Source: Agreia sp. (GTDB lineage: Bacteria > Actinomycetota > Actinomycetes > Actinomycetales > Microbacteriaceae). Taken from it: a stretch of 64,000 nucleotides of DNA. This document shows positions 1-12,590 of this stretch, piece by piece. Made by a program: the position numbers and the translations under genes. Where the stretch lies: contig JBBATW010000003.1 of assembly GCA_040398585.1 (NCBI GenBank), positions 14,670 to 78,669 of the forward strand. The letters are read 5' to 3'. Positions within the stretch are counted from its first letter, which is position 1, and the number at the start of each line of letters is the position of its first letter. The notes beneath the pieces are model-generated. The model made no database searches. It saw only the letters and a program-made list of their open reading frames with translations, and was not told the origin of the DNA.

Positions 1-493
1 TGCGGCCGCCGTAGTTCACGCACATGGTGAGGGTCATCGTGCTATTGCCCGCGGTCAGGCGCTCGGCGTCCTGAAGCTCGTTGATAACACTGGCCCAGAG
101 GCGCGGCCGTCGACCGGCCCATCGGATTCGCACGCCCCACTCATTCAGCTGGTCGCGGCGGCGGCGCAGCACCTCGCGGTTGAATCCCATCAAAAAGCGC
201 ACCTCGTCGGGGCTGCGCTTCCAGTTCTCGGTCGAGAACGCATAGACGCTAAGGTGCTTCACTCCGATCTGAATCGCGCCGGCAACGACGTCAAGCAGCG
301 CAGCCTCGCCCGCGCGGTGGCCCTCGATGCGGGTCAGCCCCTGCAGATTCGCCCAGCGTCCGTTGCCGTCCATGACGATCGCCACGTGCTCAGGAACGGC
401 GTTGAGCGGCACAGCGGGAGCAAGCCGCCCGGTATAGGCAAGCGGCAGGAACTCAACCGGAGCCGTCTTCTCCGCCCGGCCACGGCGGCTCAT
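1..493 (-). CDS. uppS: Undecaprenyl-diphosphate synthase (cis-isoprenyl transferase), N-terminal ~164 codons; gene runs off the left edge
   Basis: Hand translation of the minus strand from the ATG at 493 gives [15 protein letters not shown]...[12 protein letters not shown]...[15 protein letters not shown]...NYGGR, which are cis-prenyltransferase signature motifs. The ATG overlaps the recO stop (ATGA at 490-493). recO-uppS adjacency is typical of actinobacteria. Confidence 0.85.
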   Translation of the reverse strand, partial: MSRRGRAEKTAPVEFLPLAYTGRLAPAVPLNAVPEHVAIVMDGNGRWANLQGLTRIEGHRAGEAALLDVVAGAIQIGVKHLSVYAFSTENWKRSPDEVRFLMGFNREVLRRRRDQLNEWGVRIRWAGRRPRLWASVINELQDAERLTAGNSTMTLTMCVNYGGR

Positions 494-1293
494 GCCACAG
501 CCCCGTTGGCATAGCCCGGGCCATTTGTGCGCTCCTGTTGGGCAAGCGTGCGGGTCTTGGTGTATTCGATGGTGCGGTCAACGTGCTCGAGTGAGCGCAG
601 TCCACGCTCCATATGCCACTGGGTATAGGCAGAAACAACGCCGCTGGCGCGGGCCCGAGCGACCTCCCCTGCGTTATCGGCGTAGTTCCAGTCTCCCGCG
701 AGTAACGCCCCGAGCAACGCAATGGTCTCAGCGTCGAGCCGGGGGGAACCGGGTGGGGCTACGTCGTCGGCCACAACGCCGCCGAGCTGCACGACGAAGG
801 CGGAGTGCGGCCCGGGGGAACCCGTGACGGCGCAGTCCTGGAAGCTGGGCGCCCAGCCTGCCATCGAGAGTGCCCGCAGGAGGTAGGAGTCGAGGATCAG
901 GCTGGAGCCGTGTTCCCGGCGGCTCAGGGCGCGCAATGCCCCGACGAGCAGAAGGTACTGTGGCAGCCCGGCCTCGGCCTCGCTCAGCTTGTCCGCCGTC
1001 TCGACCATCGCGCTCGCGGCGGTGTAGCTCGCGTAATCCGCCGTTATGAGGGCCCCGTAGGAGCTGATGGTCTCGGCCTGGGTGACCGTGTCGAGGGTGC
1101 GCCCCTCGTAGAACTGAACGTCGGCGACCATGAATGGCTCGAGCCGGGCACCGAATTTCGACGCCGTGCGGCGCACACCTCGCGCGACGGCACGCACTTT
1201 GCCGTGCCGACGGGTCAGCATCGTGACGATCCGGTCCGCCTCGCCCAGCTTATGGGTGCGCAGGACCACACAGTCGTCGCGGTAGGTGGGCAT
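490..1293 (-). CDS. recO: DNA repair protein RecO
   Basis: ORF 490..1365. [42 protein letters not shown]... is the typical RecO N-terminal OB-fold region. Start moved to the internal ATG (MPTYRDD) because the upstream 24 codons look non-coding. Confidence 0.9.
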   Translation of the reverse strand: MPTYRDDCVVLRTHKLGEADRIVTMLTRRHGKVRAVARGVRRTASKFGARLEPFMVADVQFYEGRTLDTVTQAETISSYGALITADYASYTAASAMVETADKLSEAEAGLPQYLLLVGALRALSRREHGSSLILDSYLLRALSMAGWAPSFQDCAVTGSPGPHSAFVVQLGGVVADDVAPPGSPRLDAETIALLGALLAGDWNYADNAGEVARARASGVVSAYTQWHMERGLRSLEHVDRTIEYTKTRTLAQQERTNGPGYANGAVA

Positions 1294-1403
1294 TTGACAA
1301 TTATCGGCCCTTGGGCGGCCAACAGCCTGCACGCGGCATCCGTGTTCAGGATCTCTGTTTCGCATCCGTATTTCGCAGCGTCCCCAAGGGGCGAGAATAA
1401 GAC

Positions 1404-2120
1404 GTGACCACCGCCGTGCCTTTCGTCATCCCGCTCTGGGCCGATCTTCTCGCCGTCGGCGTCGGCAGCCTTCAGGGCGCCATGTTCGCCTCCGGCTTCC
1501 GGGACCGCAGGCTCGATCTGCTGGGCGTCGCCATTATCGGCTTCGCCTCGGGTCTCGGCGGCGGCGTGCTTCGCGACATCCTCCTCGTCGTGCCCCTCGT
1601 AGCTCTCAGCACGAACTGGTACCTGAGCGTCGCTATCCTTGCCGCCCTGCTCGGAATGCTGCTCGTGAAGCTCTTCGAGCGCCTCGACATGGTGATCACG
1701 ATTCTCGACGCGCTCACGATCGGCCTCTTCGGCGCAATCGGCACCACGAAGGCGCTCTCGCTCGGAATCCCGGTGATCCCGTCGATTTTCGTCGGCGTGG
1801 TCTCCGCCGTCGGCGGCTCCGTCGTGCGCGATGTGCTGCTGGCCATGCCCATTGCCCTGATGCACGTCGGCTCGCTCTACGCTGTCGCGGCCGGAGCCGG
1901 TTCGGCGGTTCTCGTGCTGTGCTGGGCCGGCGGTGTCGACATCGCAATAGCGGCCGGCATCTGCGTTGCGGTAACCACCGTCGTTCGACTTCTCGCCGTT
2001 CGCTATGGCTGGAGCCTGCCCGAGCAACGAGCCATCAGCAGGATGCCGCGGATCCCGCGCACCGCCTGGCCGCGCCGAGTCCCCCGCATCCGCCCCTCCA
2101 GCGGACCGCAGGGCGTCTAA
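1404..2120 (+). CDS. Trimeric intracellular cation channel / UPF0126 (YadS-type) membrane protein
   Basis: 238 aa, about 7 hydrophobic helices. It has two internal repeats, each ending in G-G-G/S-V-L/V-RD ([17 protein letters not shown]), as in the UPF0126/TRIC family. Confidence 0.75.
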   Translation: MTTAVPFVIPLWADLLAVGVGSLQGAMFASGFRDRRLDLLGVAIIGFASGLGGGVLRDILLVVPLVALSTNWYLSVAILAALLGMLLVKLFERLDMVITILDALTIGLFGAIGTTKALSLGIPVIPSIFVGVVSAVGGSVVRDVLLAMPIALMHVGSLYAVAAGAGSAVLVLCWAGGVDIAIAAGICVAVTTVVRLLAVRYGWSLPEQRAISRMPRIPRTAWPRRVPRIRPSSGPQGV

Positions 2121-2135
2121 CGCCGGCCGTATTCA

Positions 2136-2184
2136 GGCCATAGCCGCGCGCAACCGCCTGGGGCGGTTGGCGGCGGCTATGGCC
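2136..2184. terminator. Nested GC-rich hairpin between convergent genes (bidirectional terminator candidate)
   Basis: ggccatagccgc...gcggctatggcc forms the outer stem. caaccgcc-tggg-gcggttg forms the inner stem. It sits between the stop at 2120 (+) and the leuA stop at 2203 (-). Confidence 0.5.
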
Positions 2185-2202
2185 TGAAAACGGAAGCAAA
2201 TA

Positions 2203-4086
<1,884 letters not shown>

Positions 4087-4123
4087 ACCTTCAGGCTAGC
4101 ACCGTCGACCAAGAGTGCGTTTT

Positions 4124-4852
4124 TTACGGAGCGACGCGACCACTCGCGTTGAATGCGGCATAGGTCAGCGGCATCAACTCTGCCCACCTGTCTTCCATCT
4201 TCTCGGCGCACATCTCGATCTCACGCTGGGGGTAGCTCGGGAACTGCGTGCCCTCGCGCTTGGTGCGCAGCGACAGGAAGTTCATCAGCGAGCGAGCGTT
4301 CATCGTCACGTACATCGACGAGTAGATATTCAAGGGCAGAACGATGCGGGCGACCTCGCGGGCTACGCCGGCTTCAAGCATCCGCTCGTAGGAGGCAAAT
4401 GCCGCGGTGGCCTGCGTGACGACCTCGTTCTCGACGAGGCTCATCTGCTCGGGGGTACCGGGCAAAAAATCATAGGCGCCGGGCTTGCCGACCTGAACGA
4501 GGTTGCGATCGGCACCTGGAACGTAGAAAACCGGATTCAACTGGCGGTAGCGCCCTGATTCCTCGTTGTACGAGGCGATGCGATGCCGCATGAACTCACG
4601 AAAGACGAAGATCGGTGCCTGCACGTAGAACGTCATCGAATTGTGCTCGAACGGCGAGCCGTGACGGTCACGCATAAGGTAGTTGATCAGTCCTTTATCC
4701 CGCTTCGGGTCGGCCTCCGTGGCCGCTTCGGCATCGCTGAGGGTCTGTTCACCGAGCGTAGAGACGCGGGCGGCGAAGAGAACATCGGAATCACTGGCGC
4801 TCGAGCGCACAAGTTCCACGGTCACATCGGTTCGAAACTCAATTTCTGGCAC
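4124..4852 (-). CDS. thyX: FAD-dependent thymidylate synthase
   Basis: The ThyX motif RHRIASYNEESGRY (RHRxxSxxxxSxRY) is present. Length 242 aa. Confidence 0.93.
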   Translation of the reverse strand: MPEIEFRTDVTVELVRSSASDSDVLFAARVSTLGEQTLSDAEAATEADPKRDKGLINYLMRDRHGSPFEHNSMTFYVQAPIFVFREFMRHRIASYNEESGRYRQLNPVFYVPGADRNLVQVGKPGAYDFLPGTPEQMSLVENEVVTQATAAFASYERMLEAGVAREVARIVLPLNIYSSMYVTMNARSLMNFLSLRTKREGTQFPSYPQREIEMCAEKMEDRWAELMPLTYAAFNASGRVAP

Positions 4853-5017
4853 GACACTAGGATATCGGTGCCCGAGCGTTGAACCTTGTCACGGCCTACA
4901 GCATCGGCTTGCCGAATGCGACGGCCCGTGGCCATGAGAATGGGCTGCGATTCAGCGCCGGAATCACCACCGTGCTTCTGCCCGGCCGTAGGCTTGAGCA
5001 AACTGGAGGTCGGAACC

Positions 5018-5926
5018 GTGACTGAACCCTTGACCGTCGTAATCGCCGGCGCATCCGGCATGATCGGCTCTGAGCTGTCAACCCAGCTCACTGCTGCGGG
5101 ACACCGAGTCGTGCGACTGGTGCGCCGGCCAGCCATTGGACCGAACGAACGCCAGTGGGATCCCGCAGCCGGGCTTCTGAGTGCCGACGCCCTCAACGAC
5201 GTTGATGCTGTGGTGAATCTCTCCGGCGCCTCCATCTCTCGCCTGCCCTGGACCGCGTCCTACAAGAAGCAGATTCTCTCCTCGAGAATTCAGGCCACGT
5301 CGACCCTGGCGACAGCAATCAGCCGCGCACCGAAGCCACCCTCCGTATTCATCAGCGGATCCGCTGTGGGTTTCTACGGCGACCGCCCCAATGAGCGGCT
5401 CGACGAGGCTTCCGCGCCTGGCACCGCGTTTCTTTCTATGGTCGTTCGGGCGTGGGAGGGCGCAGCCCAGAGTGCGGCATCAAATTCGACCCGGGTCGTC
5501 CTGGCCCGAACAGGCCTCGTGCTCGGCAGCGGCGGCGCGTTGACCCCGCTCAAGATCATCGCCAAGCTTTTCGCCGCGGGGCCCCTCGGCTCCGGCCGCC
5601 AAGTATGGCCCTGGATTTCCCTGCACGACGAGGCCGCAGCCATCGTGCATCTGATCAGCGTCTCCACGCTCGCCGGCGCGGTGAATCTGGTCGGTCCCCG
5701 GCCGGTTACGGCGACGGAGCTGAACCGCGCCCTCGCCGGGATGCTGCATCGTCCGTTCTGGCTACCTGCTCCGGGTTGGGCCATTGTCGCTGCCCTGGGC
5801 GATGCCGGCCGCGAACTGCTGCTTGCTGATCAGGATGTCTCAGCAGGTCGGCTCGTCGAAGACGGCTTCCGGTTCACCCATACCGACGTTCAGAGCGCCC
5901 TGAACGCCGCCCTGACGGGCCGCTGA
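5018..5926 (+). CDS. TIGR01777/YfcH-type NAD-dependent epimerase family protein (SDR39U1-like)
   Basis: Contains the Rossmann motif VVIAGASGMIGSEL and a C-terminal DUF1731-like region. Start set at GTG 5018 (VTEPLTVV), preceded by GGAGG. The upstream part of ORF 4886.. is Arg/Cys-rich and unlikely to be coding. Confidence 0.75.
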   Translation: MTEPLTVVIAGASGMIGSELSTQLTAAGHRVVRLVRRPAIGPNERQWDPAAGLLSADALNDVDAVVNLSGASISRLPWTASYKKQILSSRIQATSTLATAISRAPKPPSVFISGSAVGFYGDRPNERLDEASAPGTAFLSMVVRAWEGAAQSAASNSTRVVLARTGLVLGSGGALTPLKIIAKLFAAGPLGSGRQVWPWISLHDEAAAIVHLISVSTLAGAVNLVGPRPVTATELNRALAGMLHRPFWLPAPGWAIVAALGDAGRELLLADQDVSAGRLVEDGFRFTHTDVQSALNAALTGR

Positions 5927-5963
5927 GAACAGGTGGCTTGACGCCGCTGCTGATCTGGGATTT

Positions 5964-6407
5964 TCAGGCCGTCGTGCGAGAAAGGGCGATGGCTCTCCGA
6001 AGGGCGGCACGGGCACGGCGGCGATCACCGCTGGCGTCATAGGCCAGGCCAAGCCTGAACCAGGCGCGCCAGCTCTCGGGCTGCGATTCAACCTCGTCGC
6101 GAAACTGGAGAAACTCCTCATCGGCGGCCGCCCGAATCGGGCGACCACTGGGGCGGTGCGGCAACAAGTCTTCCGGTAAGGCATGTTCTGAATCAAGGAT
6201 TTTGACCAGTCTCTCCGTGCGCACCCCAAAGAGAAGTTCACGCACCAGGGCCCAGGCGCCGATCAGAGGGAAGACCAGCAGGGCCGCGCCCAGAGCGACT
6301 GCAATAGGTATCGCCGTTCCGATCAGCCGTACGGCAAGCTGACCGACGAGAACGAGATAGAGCACCATCAAAAGGGCCATCAGGAGGGCTCCGATGCGGC
6401 CCTTCAC
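5964..6407 (-). CDS. Small membrane protein with a C-terminal TPR-like helix pair (hypothetical)
   Basis: Two N-terminal TM helices (ALLMALLMVLYLVLVGQL, IPIAVALGAALLVFPLIGAWAL), then WRAWFRLGLAYDASGDRRRARAALRRAIAL. Confidence 0.5.
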   Translation of the reverse strand: MKGRIGALLMALLMVLYLVLVGQLAVRLIGTAIPIAVALGAALLVFPLIGAWALVRELLFGVRTERLVKILDSEHALPEDLLPHRPSGRPIRAAADEEFLQFRDEVESQPESWRAWFRLGLAYDASGDRRRARAALRRAIALSRTTA

Positions 6408-6417
6408 AGCGTCGCCC

Positions 6418-7248
6418 TCATAGTGAGCTCGTTGCTGCGGCGGCTTGGCCCGAAGGTTCGTCCGATATCCGAGAGGCAGAGGGCGTGGCCTCCGCGAACG
6501 GCTTGGCGAGAGGACCGGTGCCGAGATCGATGAGCTGGTCCAGTCCCACCGTCACGCCCCGCGTCACCCTGACGATGCGTATGGCAATCAGGATACCGGC
6601 CTCGTATGAGCTGGCAGAGATGGTCTCGTGGCCGATGGTGAGAGTCTCCCCCGTGCCACCGAAGTGGACGTCTTGCTTGGCGAGGATTCCGCGGAGCCGG
6701 AGACTGTGAATGGGAATGCTGGCCACCTGCTGGCCACGGGCTCGCTGGTCGGTGTGCGGGGCCGCAACAGGCCCCAGTGCCGCCCGGGAGATCGAGATGA
6801 GCTCAGCAGTGCGAACGGCAGTGCCGGAGGGTGAATCAATCTTGGTGGAGTGATGCGCCTCGACGATCTCGATCGAATCAAAGAATCGCGCCGCCATGGC
6901 AGCGAACGAGGTCGCCAGCACTGAACCGACCGAGAAATTCGGGATGATCACGACGCCGGACACGGTATTGCCGACCAACGCGCGCTCAAGCCTGGCGATC
7001 CGGTCGCTCGACCAGCCGGAGGTTCCGACGAGAACGCCGATCCCGTTGGCCACGGCGAAGTCGACCACACTCTGGCTGACACCGGGCGTCGTCACATCGA
7101 CCACGATGTCAGCCCCGAGCATCTCCGTCAGCAGGCCCGTGGAGCCGATCTCCGCGAAAAGCTCGAATCCCTCGGTTTCTCGAACGATTTTTACGACGAG
7201 TTGGCCCATCCTGCCGGTTGCGCCGACGACGGCTACCTTTGTACTCAT
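6418..7248 (-). CDS. dapB: 4-hydroxy-tetrahydrodipicolinate reductase
   Basis: MSTKVAVVGATGRMGQ Rossmann start, plus the EAHHSTKIDSPSGTA motif (E-x-HH-x-K-x-D-x-PSGTA). It has an Ala/Ser-rich C-terminal tail of roughly 25 aa. Confidence 0.9.
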   Translation of the reverse strand: MSTKVAVVGATGRMGQLVVKIVRETEGFELFAEIGSTGLLTEMLGADIVVDVTTPGVSQSVVDFAVANGIGVLVGTSGWSSDRIARLERALVGNTVSGVVIIPNFSVGSVLATSFAAMAARFFDSIEIVEAHHSTKIDSPSGTAVRTAELISISRAALGPVAAPHTDQRARGQQVASIPIHSLRLRGILAKQDVHFGGTGETLTIGHETISASSYEAGILIAIRIVRVTRGVTVGLDQLIDLGTGPLAKPFAEATPSASRISDEPSGQAAAATSSL

Positions 7249-7264
7249 GTATTCAATCTAGCAA

Positions 7265-7867
7265 TCAGAATGGCTGGGGTTCGTGCAGGCCGGTGCGCAG
7301 TTCAACGGGCAGATGACCCAGGTCGTTGTGGGTGACAAGTTCAGCCGGGCGGCCGGTCTTCATGCTGATGATGGTCAGCCCGCAGTGCGCCTGATTTATC
7401 CCGACCCAGCGCCAGTCAGGCGCATTCAAGGCCTCGCGCACAAGCCAGCCGATAACAAAATTGTGTGTAATGAGCAGATCGTGCGTCACCTCACGGGTCG
7501 GGCTGAGAAACTCTGACACAGCGTCGACCATCTGCGCTTCACCGGCATCGACCTGGTCCTCGGTAACCGAGTTGAAGAACGCCTTGAACGTCGACGGCAT
7601 TTCTGGCGAGTAGCCGGTTGGAATGCAGTCGAAAAGCAGCGGAGTGGGCTGGGGATCCAGCGCCGGAAGGTGCTCAGCCATGATTCCTGCCGTCTCAACA
7701 GCACGCTGAAGGGGCGAGTGCCAGACATTGTCGAACGGAACTCCGCCAAGGCGTTCAGCCAGGAGCCGGGCCTGGCGCTGGCCGCGGGGAGACAGCGGGC
7801 CGTCATCGACGCCGTATTCGGCGTCCTGCTGTTCGCCGTGACGAACGAGAAAAAGGGTGTGACTCAT
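7265..7867 (-). CDS. Histidine phosphatase family protein
   Basis: N-terminal LFLVRHGEQ (RHG catalytic motif), 200 aa. The stop of the upstream gene overlaps its start (7864-7867). Confidence 0.75.
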   Translation of the reverse strand: MSHTLFLVRHGEQQDAEYGVDDGPLSPRGQRQARLLAERLGGVPFDNVWHSPLQRAVETAGIMAEHLPALDPQPTPLLFDCIPTGYSPEMPSTFKAFFNSVTEDQVDAGEAQMVDAVSEFLSPTREVTHDLLITHNFVIGWLVREALNAPDWRWVGINQAHCGLTIISMKTGRPAELVTHNDLGHLPVELRTGLHEPQPF

Positions 7868-9246
7868 GAGAGTTCAATCTGACTGAAGACATCGGGGTCA
7901 ATGGCCCCTACTGCGGAAACGGACAGCGGACGAGAGGCAAGAATCTGGGCAAGGTCGCGGACATCCGCCTGCGTCACCCTGCGCAAGCGGCGCAGCGCTT
8001 CATCGAGGTCAACGAACTCGCCCTGGGTGATCTCGGAGTTTCCGAGTCTCATCATCCGGGTATCGGAGTTCTCCATTGCGAGGACCGCGGATCCGGCCAG
8101 CTGGCCGTTTGCCCGGGTTAACTCTTCGGACGTGATGCCCTCGGCGGCGAGGTGTCTGAGTCCGCCGAGCATAAGCTCGGCGACCTGGCCCACGCGTGCC
8201 GGGCTGCAGCCCGCGTACATTCCGAACAGGCCCGCATCCGAGTAGCTGGGGGAAAACGAGTACACCGAGTAGGCGAGCCCACGCTTTTCGCGAATCTCCT
8301 GAAAGAGTCGCGAACTCATGCCACCGCCGAAGACCGAGCCGTGCACGGCGAGGGCGCTGCGGCGCTCGTCGGTAGCGGTGAAGCCTGTCGTTCCGATCGC
8401 GAATGTCGCCTGCTCGTTGGCACGCTCAACGATCGAAACCGGGGCTCCCTGACGGATTGCCGCCTCGTTCGCCAGCCGACGCGGCACGGGCACGGCTTCG
8501 GCGCCGAGGTCCCAGCCAGCCCGCGCCAGTGCCCGGCTGACGCCCGCGACGAACCCGTCGTGAGCGACCGCTCCGGCGACTGTGATGACCACATCGTTGG
8601 GCCGGTAGTTCTGCCGGTAGTGCTCCCAGACCGAGTCTCGGGACACCTCGCGAATAGCCTGTGGAATTCCGCCCACGGGACGCCCGAGCGGATGATCCCC
8701 CAGTACGGCCTCGAAGAACCGCTCGTTCGTCACATCGGCCGGATCGTCGTCTGCCATCGCGAGCTCTTCGAGGATGACCCCACGCTCGGTCTCGAACTCA
8801 TCGAGGTCGATCAGCGACGATGTCAGCATGTCGGCAATCACGTCGACCGCCATCGGAAGATCCCTATCTCGGACCTTGGCGTAGTAACAGGTGTGTTCCT
8901 TGCCCGTCATCGCATTGTGCTCTCCTCCGACAGAATCGAAGGCGACCGCGATGTCTAGCGCACTCCGGTCTCGTGTTCCTTTGAAGAGCAGGTGTTCCAG
9001 AAAATGCGTCGAGCCGAACGTAGCCGGAACCGCGAGGGGATTTCGACGGCTGATCGGATGACCGGCCTGTTCGTCCCGGGAACCGGCGGCAACCCAGAAG
9101 CCGACGGTCGCACTCTGCGATCCGGGCATGTTCTCACTCAGGATGCGCACTCCACAGGGCAGGACGGTACGCCTGACGAGGCTTCCCCCCGACGCCGTAA
9201 TCGAGAGTTCTGGAAGGTCAAGGGGAAGAGGGACTGCACCGTTCAT
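7864..9246 (-). CDS. M16 (pitrilysin/insulinase) family zinc peptidase, PepR-like
   Basis: Inverted zinc motif HFLEHLLFKGT. Its position downstream of pnp matches M. tuberculosis pepR. Start moved to ATG 9246 (MNGAVPL) so that it does not overlap the divergent gene. An extra ~15 aa (QAGHPISRRNPLAVPATF) sits just before HxxEH. Confidence 0.8.
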   Translation of the reverse strand: MNGAVPLPLDLPELSITASGGSLVRRTVLPCGVRILSENMPGSQSATVGFWVAAGSRDEQAGHPISRRNPLAVPATFGSTHFLEHLLFKGTRDRSALDIAVAFDSVGGEHNAMTGKEHTCYYAKVRDRDLPMAVDVIADMLTSSLIDLDEFETERGVILEELAMADDDPADVTNERFFEAVLGDHPLGRPVGGIPQAIREVSRDSVWEHYRQNYRPNDVVITVAGAVAHDGFVAGVSRALARAGWDLGAEAVPVPRRLANEAAIRQGAPVSIVERANEQATFAIGTTGFTATDERRSALAVHGSVFGGGMSSRLFQEIREKRGLAYSVYSFSPSYSDAGLFGMYAGCSPARVGQVAELMLGGLRHLAAEGITSEELTRANGQLAGSAVLAMENSDTRMMRLGNSEITQGEFVDLDEALRRLRRVTQADVRDLAQILASRPLSVSAVGAIDPDVFSQIELS

Positions 9247-9344
9247 CGAAGTCAACCCTACGCCAGCCTGCAGAACCGAATCAGCCCTCTCCTCATCGAT
9301 TGTCTTTGGCAGCTGCACCCAGCCGGTTAGGCAAAGATGGGCGA

Positions 9345-10262
9345 ATGACAGATTCACGGGATCCCAGGGCCGCCTCAAACCTTCCACCGCTGCGGTTCCC
9401 CCTGCGCAGGATCGGCGCTCGCGAGTTCGACTTTTCCAGACAGATAGCGGTCATGGCGATCATCAACCGTACCCCCGACTCCTTTTTTGACTCCGGGCGA
9501 ACATTTGGGTTGGATGCTGCCGTTGCAGCGGCACTGACGGCGGCTCGAGACGGAGCAGATTGGGTCGACATCGGCGGCGTCAAGTTCGCCCCGGGGCCCG
9601 AGGTCCCCCTTGCGGAAGAGCTTGATCGTGTCATTCCCGTCGTCACCGCGGTGGCCGCAGGATGCGACGCGGTTATTTCTGTCGACACGTTCCGGCCCGA
9701 GGTCGCTGCAGCGGCGATAGCCGCGGGTGCCTCGGTCATCAACGACACCACAGGAATTTATGATCATGCAATAGCCGAGGTCGTGGCCGACAGTGACGCA
9801 ACCCTCGTGATCACCCACAGTCTCGCAGTTCCGCGCACGAGGCTCACGTCTCCCCCGCACTATGAGGACGTCGTGAGCGAGGTTAAAGCGTTTCTGGCCA
9901 ACCGGGTTGAGCTCGCCATCAGTCTCGGGATCCCCGAGGACAGGCTCGTGATCGACCCGGGCCACGACCTCAACAAGAACACCCAGCACACCCTCGAGAT
10001 AACCCGTCGGATGCACGAGATCGCCTCCCTGGGCCTACCGCTGCTCGCAGCCGTCTCCAACAAGGACTTCATCGGTGAGTCCCTTGGCCGGCCGAAGCAC
10101 GAACGACAGGATGGAACAATCGTCGCCGCCACCGTGTGCGCGATGCTCGGGGCGCGAATTGTGCGAATGCATGACGTGCCCTCTGCCGTGGCGGCAATGA
10201 AAATGACGGAGGTCATCCTGGGGTTCCGGCAGCCCGAGTGGGCAATTCACAACGTCGGCTGA
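9345..10262 (+). CDS. Dihydropteroate synthase-like protein (FolP2-type; pterin-binding TIM barrel)
   Basis: MAIINRTPDSFFDSG, VDIGGVKFAPGPE, ISVDTF, INDTTG, DPGHDLNKNT, VSNKDFIG, RMHDV. The scaffold is DHPS, but GGESTRPG is replaced by GGVKFAPG and other loop residues are substituted. Start at ATG 9345. Confidence 0.75.
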   Translation: MTDSRDPRAASNLPPLRFPLRRIGAREFDFSRQIAVMAIINRTPDSFFDSGRTFGLDAAVAAALTAARDGADWVDIGGVKFAPGPEVPLAEELDRVIPVVTAVAAGCDAVISVDTFRPEVAAAAIAAGASVINDTTGIYDHAIAEVVADSDATLVITHSLAVPRTRLTSPPHYEDVVSEVKAFLANRVELAISLGIPEDRLVIDPGHDLNKNTQHTLEITRRMHEIASLGLPLLAAVSNKDFIGESLGRPKHERQDGTIVAATVCAMLGARIVRMHDVPSAVAAMKMTEVILGFRQPEWAIHNVG

Positions 10263-10285
10263 GCGCTGCGGAATTCGCACAGAAA

Positions 10286-10317
10286 AGGCGGGTCCCCTCC
10301 TAAGAGCGGACCCGCCT
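10286..10317. terminator. Hairpin between convergent folP-like and pnp genes
   Basis: aggcgggtcc-(12 nt)-ggacccgcct, a 10-bp GC-rich stem between the stops at 10262 (+) and 10338 (-). Confidence 0.55.
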
Positions 10318-10337
10318 GATCAGTATGCGTGGGTGGG

Positions 10338-12590
10338 CTAGACCTCGTCGGTCTCGTCAGCGGCTGCCTCATCGGCACCCTCGGCGAGGACCGGGGCGAG
10401 CGACAGCTTTCCGCGGTCATCGATCTTGGTGATCTCCACGAGAATCTTCTGGCCGACTCCGAGCACGTCTTCGACGTTCTCGACGCGCTTGCCACCGGCG
10501 ATCTTGCGGACCTCCGAGATATGCAGCAGTCCGTCCTTGCCCGGGAGCAGGGAGACGAAAGCGCCGAACGTGGCGATCTTGACGACGGTTCCGAGGAACT
10601 GTTCGCCGACCTCGGGGTTGGTCGGGTTAGCGATCGCGTTGACCTGCGCACGCGCGGCCTCGGCGCTCGGACCGTCGACGGCGCCGATGTACACGGTGCC
10701 GTCTTCCTCGATCGAGATATCTGCGCCGGTCTCGTCCTGGATGGCGTTGATCGTCTTGCCCTTCGGGCCGATCAGCTCGCCGATCTTGTCGACGGGAATC
10801 TGGACGCTGATCACGCGGGGCGCGGTCGGGGCCATCTCGTCGGGCGCGTCGATCGCCGAGTTGATGACGTTCAGGATCGCGTCGCGGGCGGCCTTGGCCT
10901 GCTTCAGCGCGCCGTCCAGCACACTCGACGGCAGGCCCGAGAGCTTCGTGTCGAGCTGGATTGCGGTGATGAACTCACTCGTACCGGCAACTTTAAAGTC
11001 CATGTCGCCGAGGGCGTCTTCGGCACCGAGGATGTCGGTGAGGGCCGCGTAGCGGGTCTCGCCGTCAACGGTGTCGGAGACGAGGCCCATGGCGATGCCG
11101 GCGACGGGTGCGCGCAGCGGCACTCCCGCGTTCAGCAGGCTCAGGGTCGAGGCGCAGACGGAACCCATCGACGTCGAACCGTTTGAGCCGAGAGCTTCAG
11201 ACACCTGGCGGATCGCGTAGGGGAACTCCTCGCGACTCGGCAGCACGGGAACGAGGGCGCGCTCGGCCAGGAAGCCGTGACCGATCTCGCGACGCTTCGG
11301 GCTGCCGACGCGACCGGTCTCACCGGTGGAGTAGGGCGGGAAGTTGTAGTGGTGCAGGTAGCGCTTCTTCTTGATCGGGCTCAGGGAGTCGATCTGCTGC
11401 TCCATCTTGAGCATGTTCAGCGTGGTGACGCCCAGGATCTGGGTCTCGCCGCGCTGGAAGATGGCGGAGCCGTGCACGCGCGGGATGACCTGAACCTCGG
11501 CGTCCAACGGACGGATGTCGGCAAGTCCCCGACCGTCGATGCGGATGCCGTCCTTCAGGACGCGGGTGCGAACGACAGCCTTGGTGACCGACTTGTACGC
11601 AGCCGAAACCATGCCGAGAACGTCAGCGGGGAGCTCGCCGGCGTCGACCTTGGCCTGGATGGCGAGCTTGACGCGGTCCTTCAGGGCGTCGTCGGCATCC
11701 TGGCGCTCGATCTTGTCGGCGATCTGGTAGATGCCGACGAGCTCGTCGTAGCTGAGCTCGGCGACGGCGTCATAACCCGCCTGCGTATAAGGCAGGAAGA
11801 TCGGGTAGTCGCGAACCGGCTTGGCGGCCTGCGCGGCGATCGAGGCCTGGGCAGCGACGAGTTGCTTGAGGAACGGCTTGGCAGCCTCGAGGCCCTGGGC
11901 GACGACAGCCTCGTTGGGCTTCGTGGCACCGGCCTGGATCAGGTTCCAGCTGTTCTCGGTGGCCTCGGCCTCGACCATCATGATGGCGATGTCCTCGACA
12001 CCGTTCTTGTCAACGACAAGACGACCGGCGACGACGAGGTCAAAGACCGCGTCTTCCAGCTGCGAGTGCTTCGGGAAGGCGACCCACTGGTCACCGATGA
12101 GGGCGAGGCGTACGCCGGCGATGGGGCCGTCGAACGGGATGCCCGAGATCTGGCTTGATGCGGATGCAGCGTTGATGGCCAGCGTGTCGTAGAACTCGTC
12201 GGGAGCAATGGAGAGGACCGTGATGACGACCTGGACCTCGTTACGAAGTCCGTTGACGAACGACGGCCGCAGCGGGCGGTCGATCAGGCGGCAGACCAGG
12301 ATGGCCTCGGTGGAGGGACGACCCTCGCGACGGAAGAACGATCCGGGGATCTTGCCCGCGGCGTAGCTGCGCTCTTCGACGTCGATGGTCAGCGGGAAGA
12401 AATCGAAGTTGTCCTTCGGGTGCTTTCCGATGCTGGTGGCGGAGAGAAGCATGGTCTCTTCGTCGAGGTAAGCGACGACGGCGCCCTGAGACTGCTGCGC
12501 GAGGCGGCCGGTCTCAAAGCGAACCGTGCGGGTGCCGAACTTGCCGTTATCGAGAACGGCTTCGGCGAATTTGATTTCTGGACCCTCCAT
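10338..12590 (-). CDS. pnp: Polyribonucleotide nucleotidyltransferase (PNPase / GpsI)
   Basis: 750 aa with two RNase PH domains, KH and S1 ([27 protein letters not shown]). Acidic C-terminal tail. Confidence 0.97.
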   Translation of the reverse strand: MEGPEIKFAEAVLDNGKFGTRTVRFETGRLAQQSQGAVVAYLDEETMLLSATSIGKHPKDNFDFFPLTIDVEERSYAAGKIPGSFFRREGRPSTEAILVCRLIDRPLRPSFVNGLRNEVQVVITVLSIAPDEFYDTLAINAASASSQISGIPFDGPIAGVRLALIGDQWVAFPKHSQLEDAVFDLVVAGRLVVDKNGVEDIAIMMVEAEATENSWNLIQAGATKPNEAVVAQGLEAAKPFLKQLVAAQASIAAQAAKPVRDYPIFLPYTQAGYDAVAELSYDELVGIYQIADKIERQDADDALKDRVKLAIQAKVDAGELPADVLGMVSAAYKSVTKAVVRTRVLKDGIRIDGRGLADIRPLDAEVQVIPRVHGSAIFQRGETQILGVTTLNMLKMEQQIDSLSPIKKKRYLHHYNFPPYSTGETGRVGSPKRREIGHGFLAERALVPVLPSREEFPYAIRQVSEALGSNGSTSMGSVCASTLSLLNAGVPLRAPVAGIAMGLVSDTVDGETRYAALTDILGAEDALGDMDFKVAGTSEFITAIQLDTKLSGLPSSVLDGALKQAKAARDAILNVINSAIDAPDEMAPTAPRVISVQIPVDKIGELIGPKGKTINAIQDETGADISIEEDGTVYIGAVDGPSAEAARAQVNAIANPTNPEVGEQFLGTVVKIATFGAFVSLLPGKDGLLHISEVRKIAGGKRVENVEDVLGVGQKILVEITKIDDRGKLSLAPVLAEGADEAAADETDEV

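Noticed and set aside
9247-9344. ZTP/THF-type riboswitch upstream of the DHPS-like gene
   Set aside because: The region is under 100 nt, doubles as a divergent promoter, and lacks the conserved ZTP or THF core sequences.
9247-9387. Longer start (9387) for the M16 peptidase
   Set aside because: It would overlap the divergent DHPS-like gene start and adds a Trp/Cys-containing, poorly biased N-terminus. ATG 9246 gives a normal-length M16 protein.
10329-12158. Plus-strand ORFs (285 aa, 208 aa, 293 aa) across pnp
   Set aside because: Antisense of PNPase, with Asp/Gly/Leu/Arg-rich junk translations.
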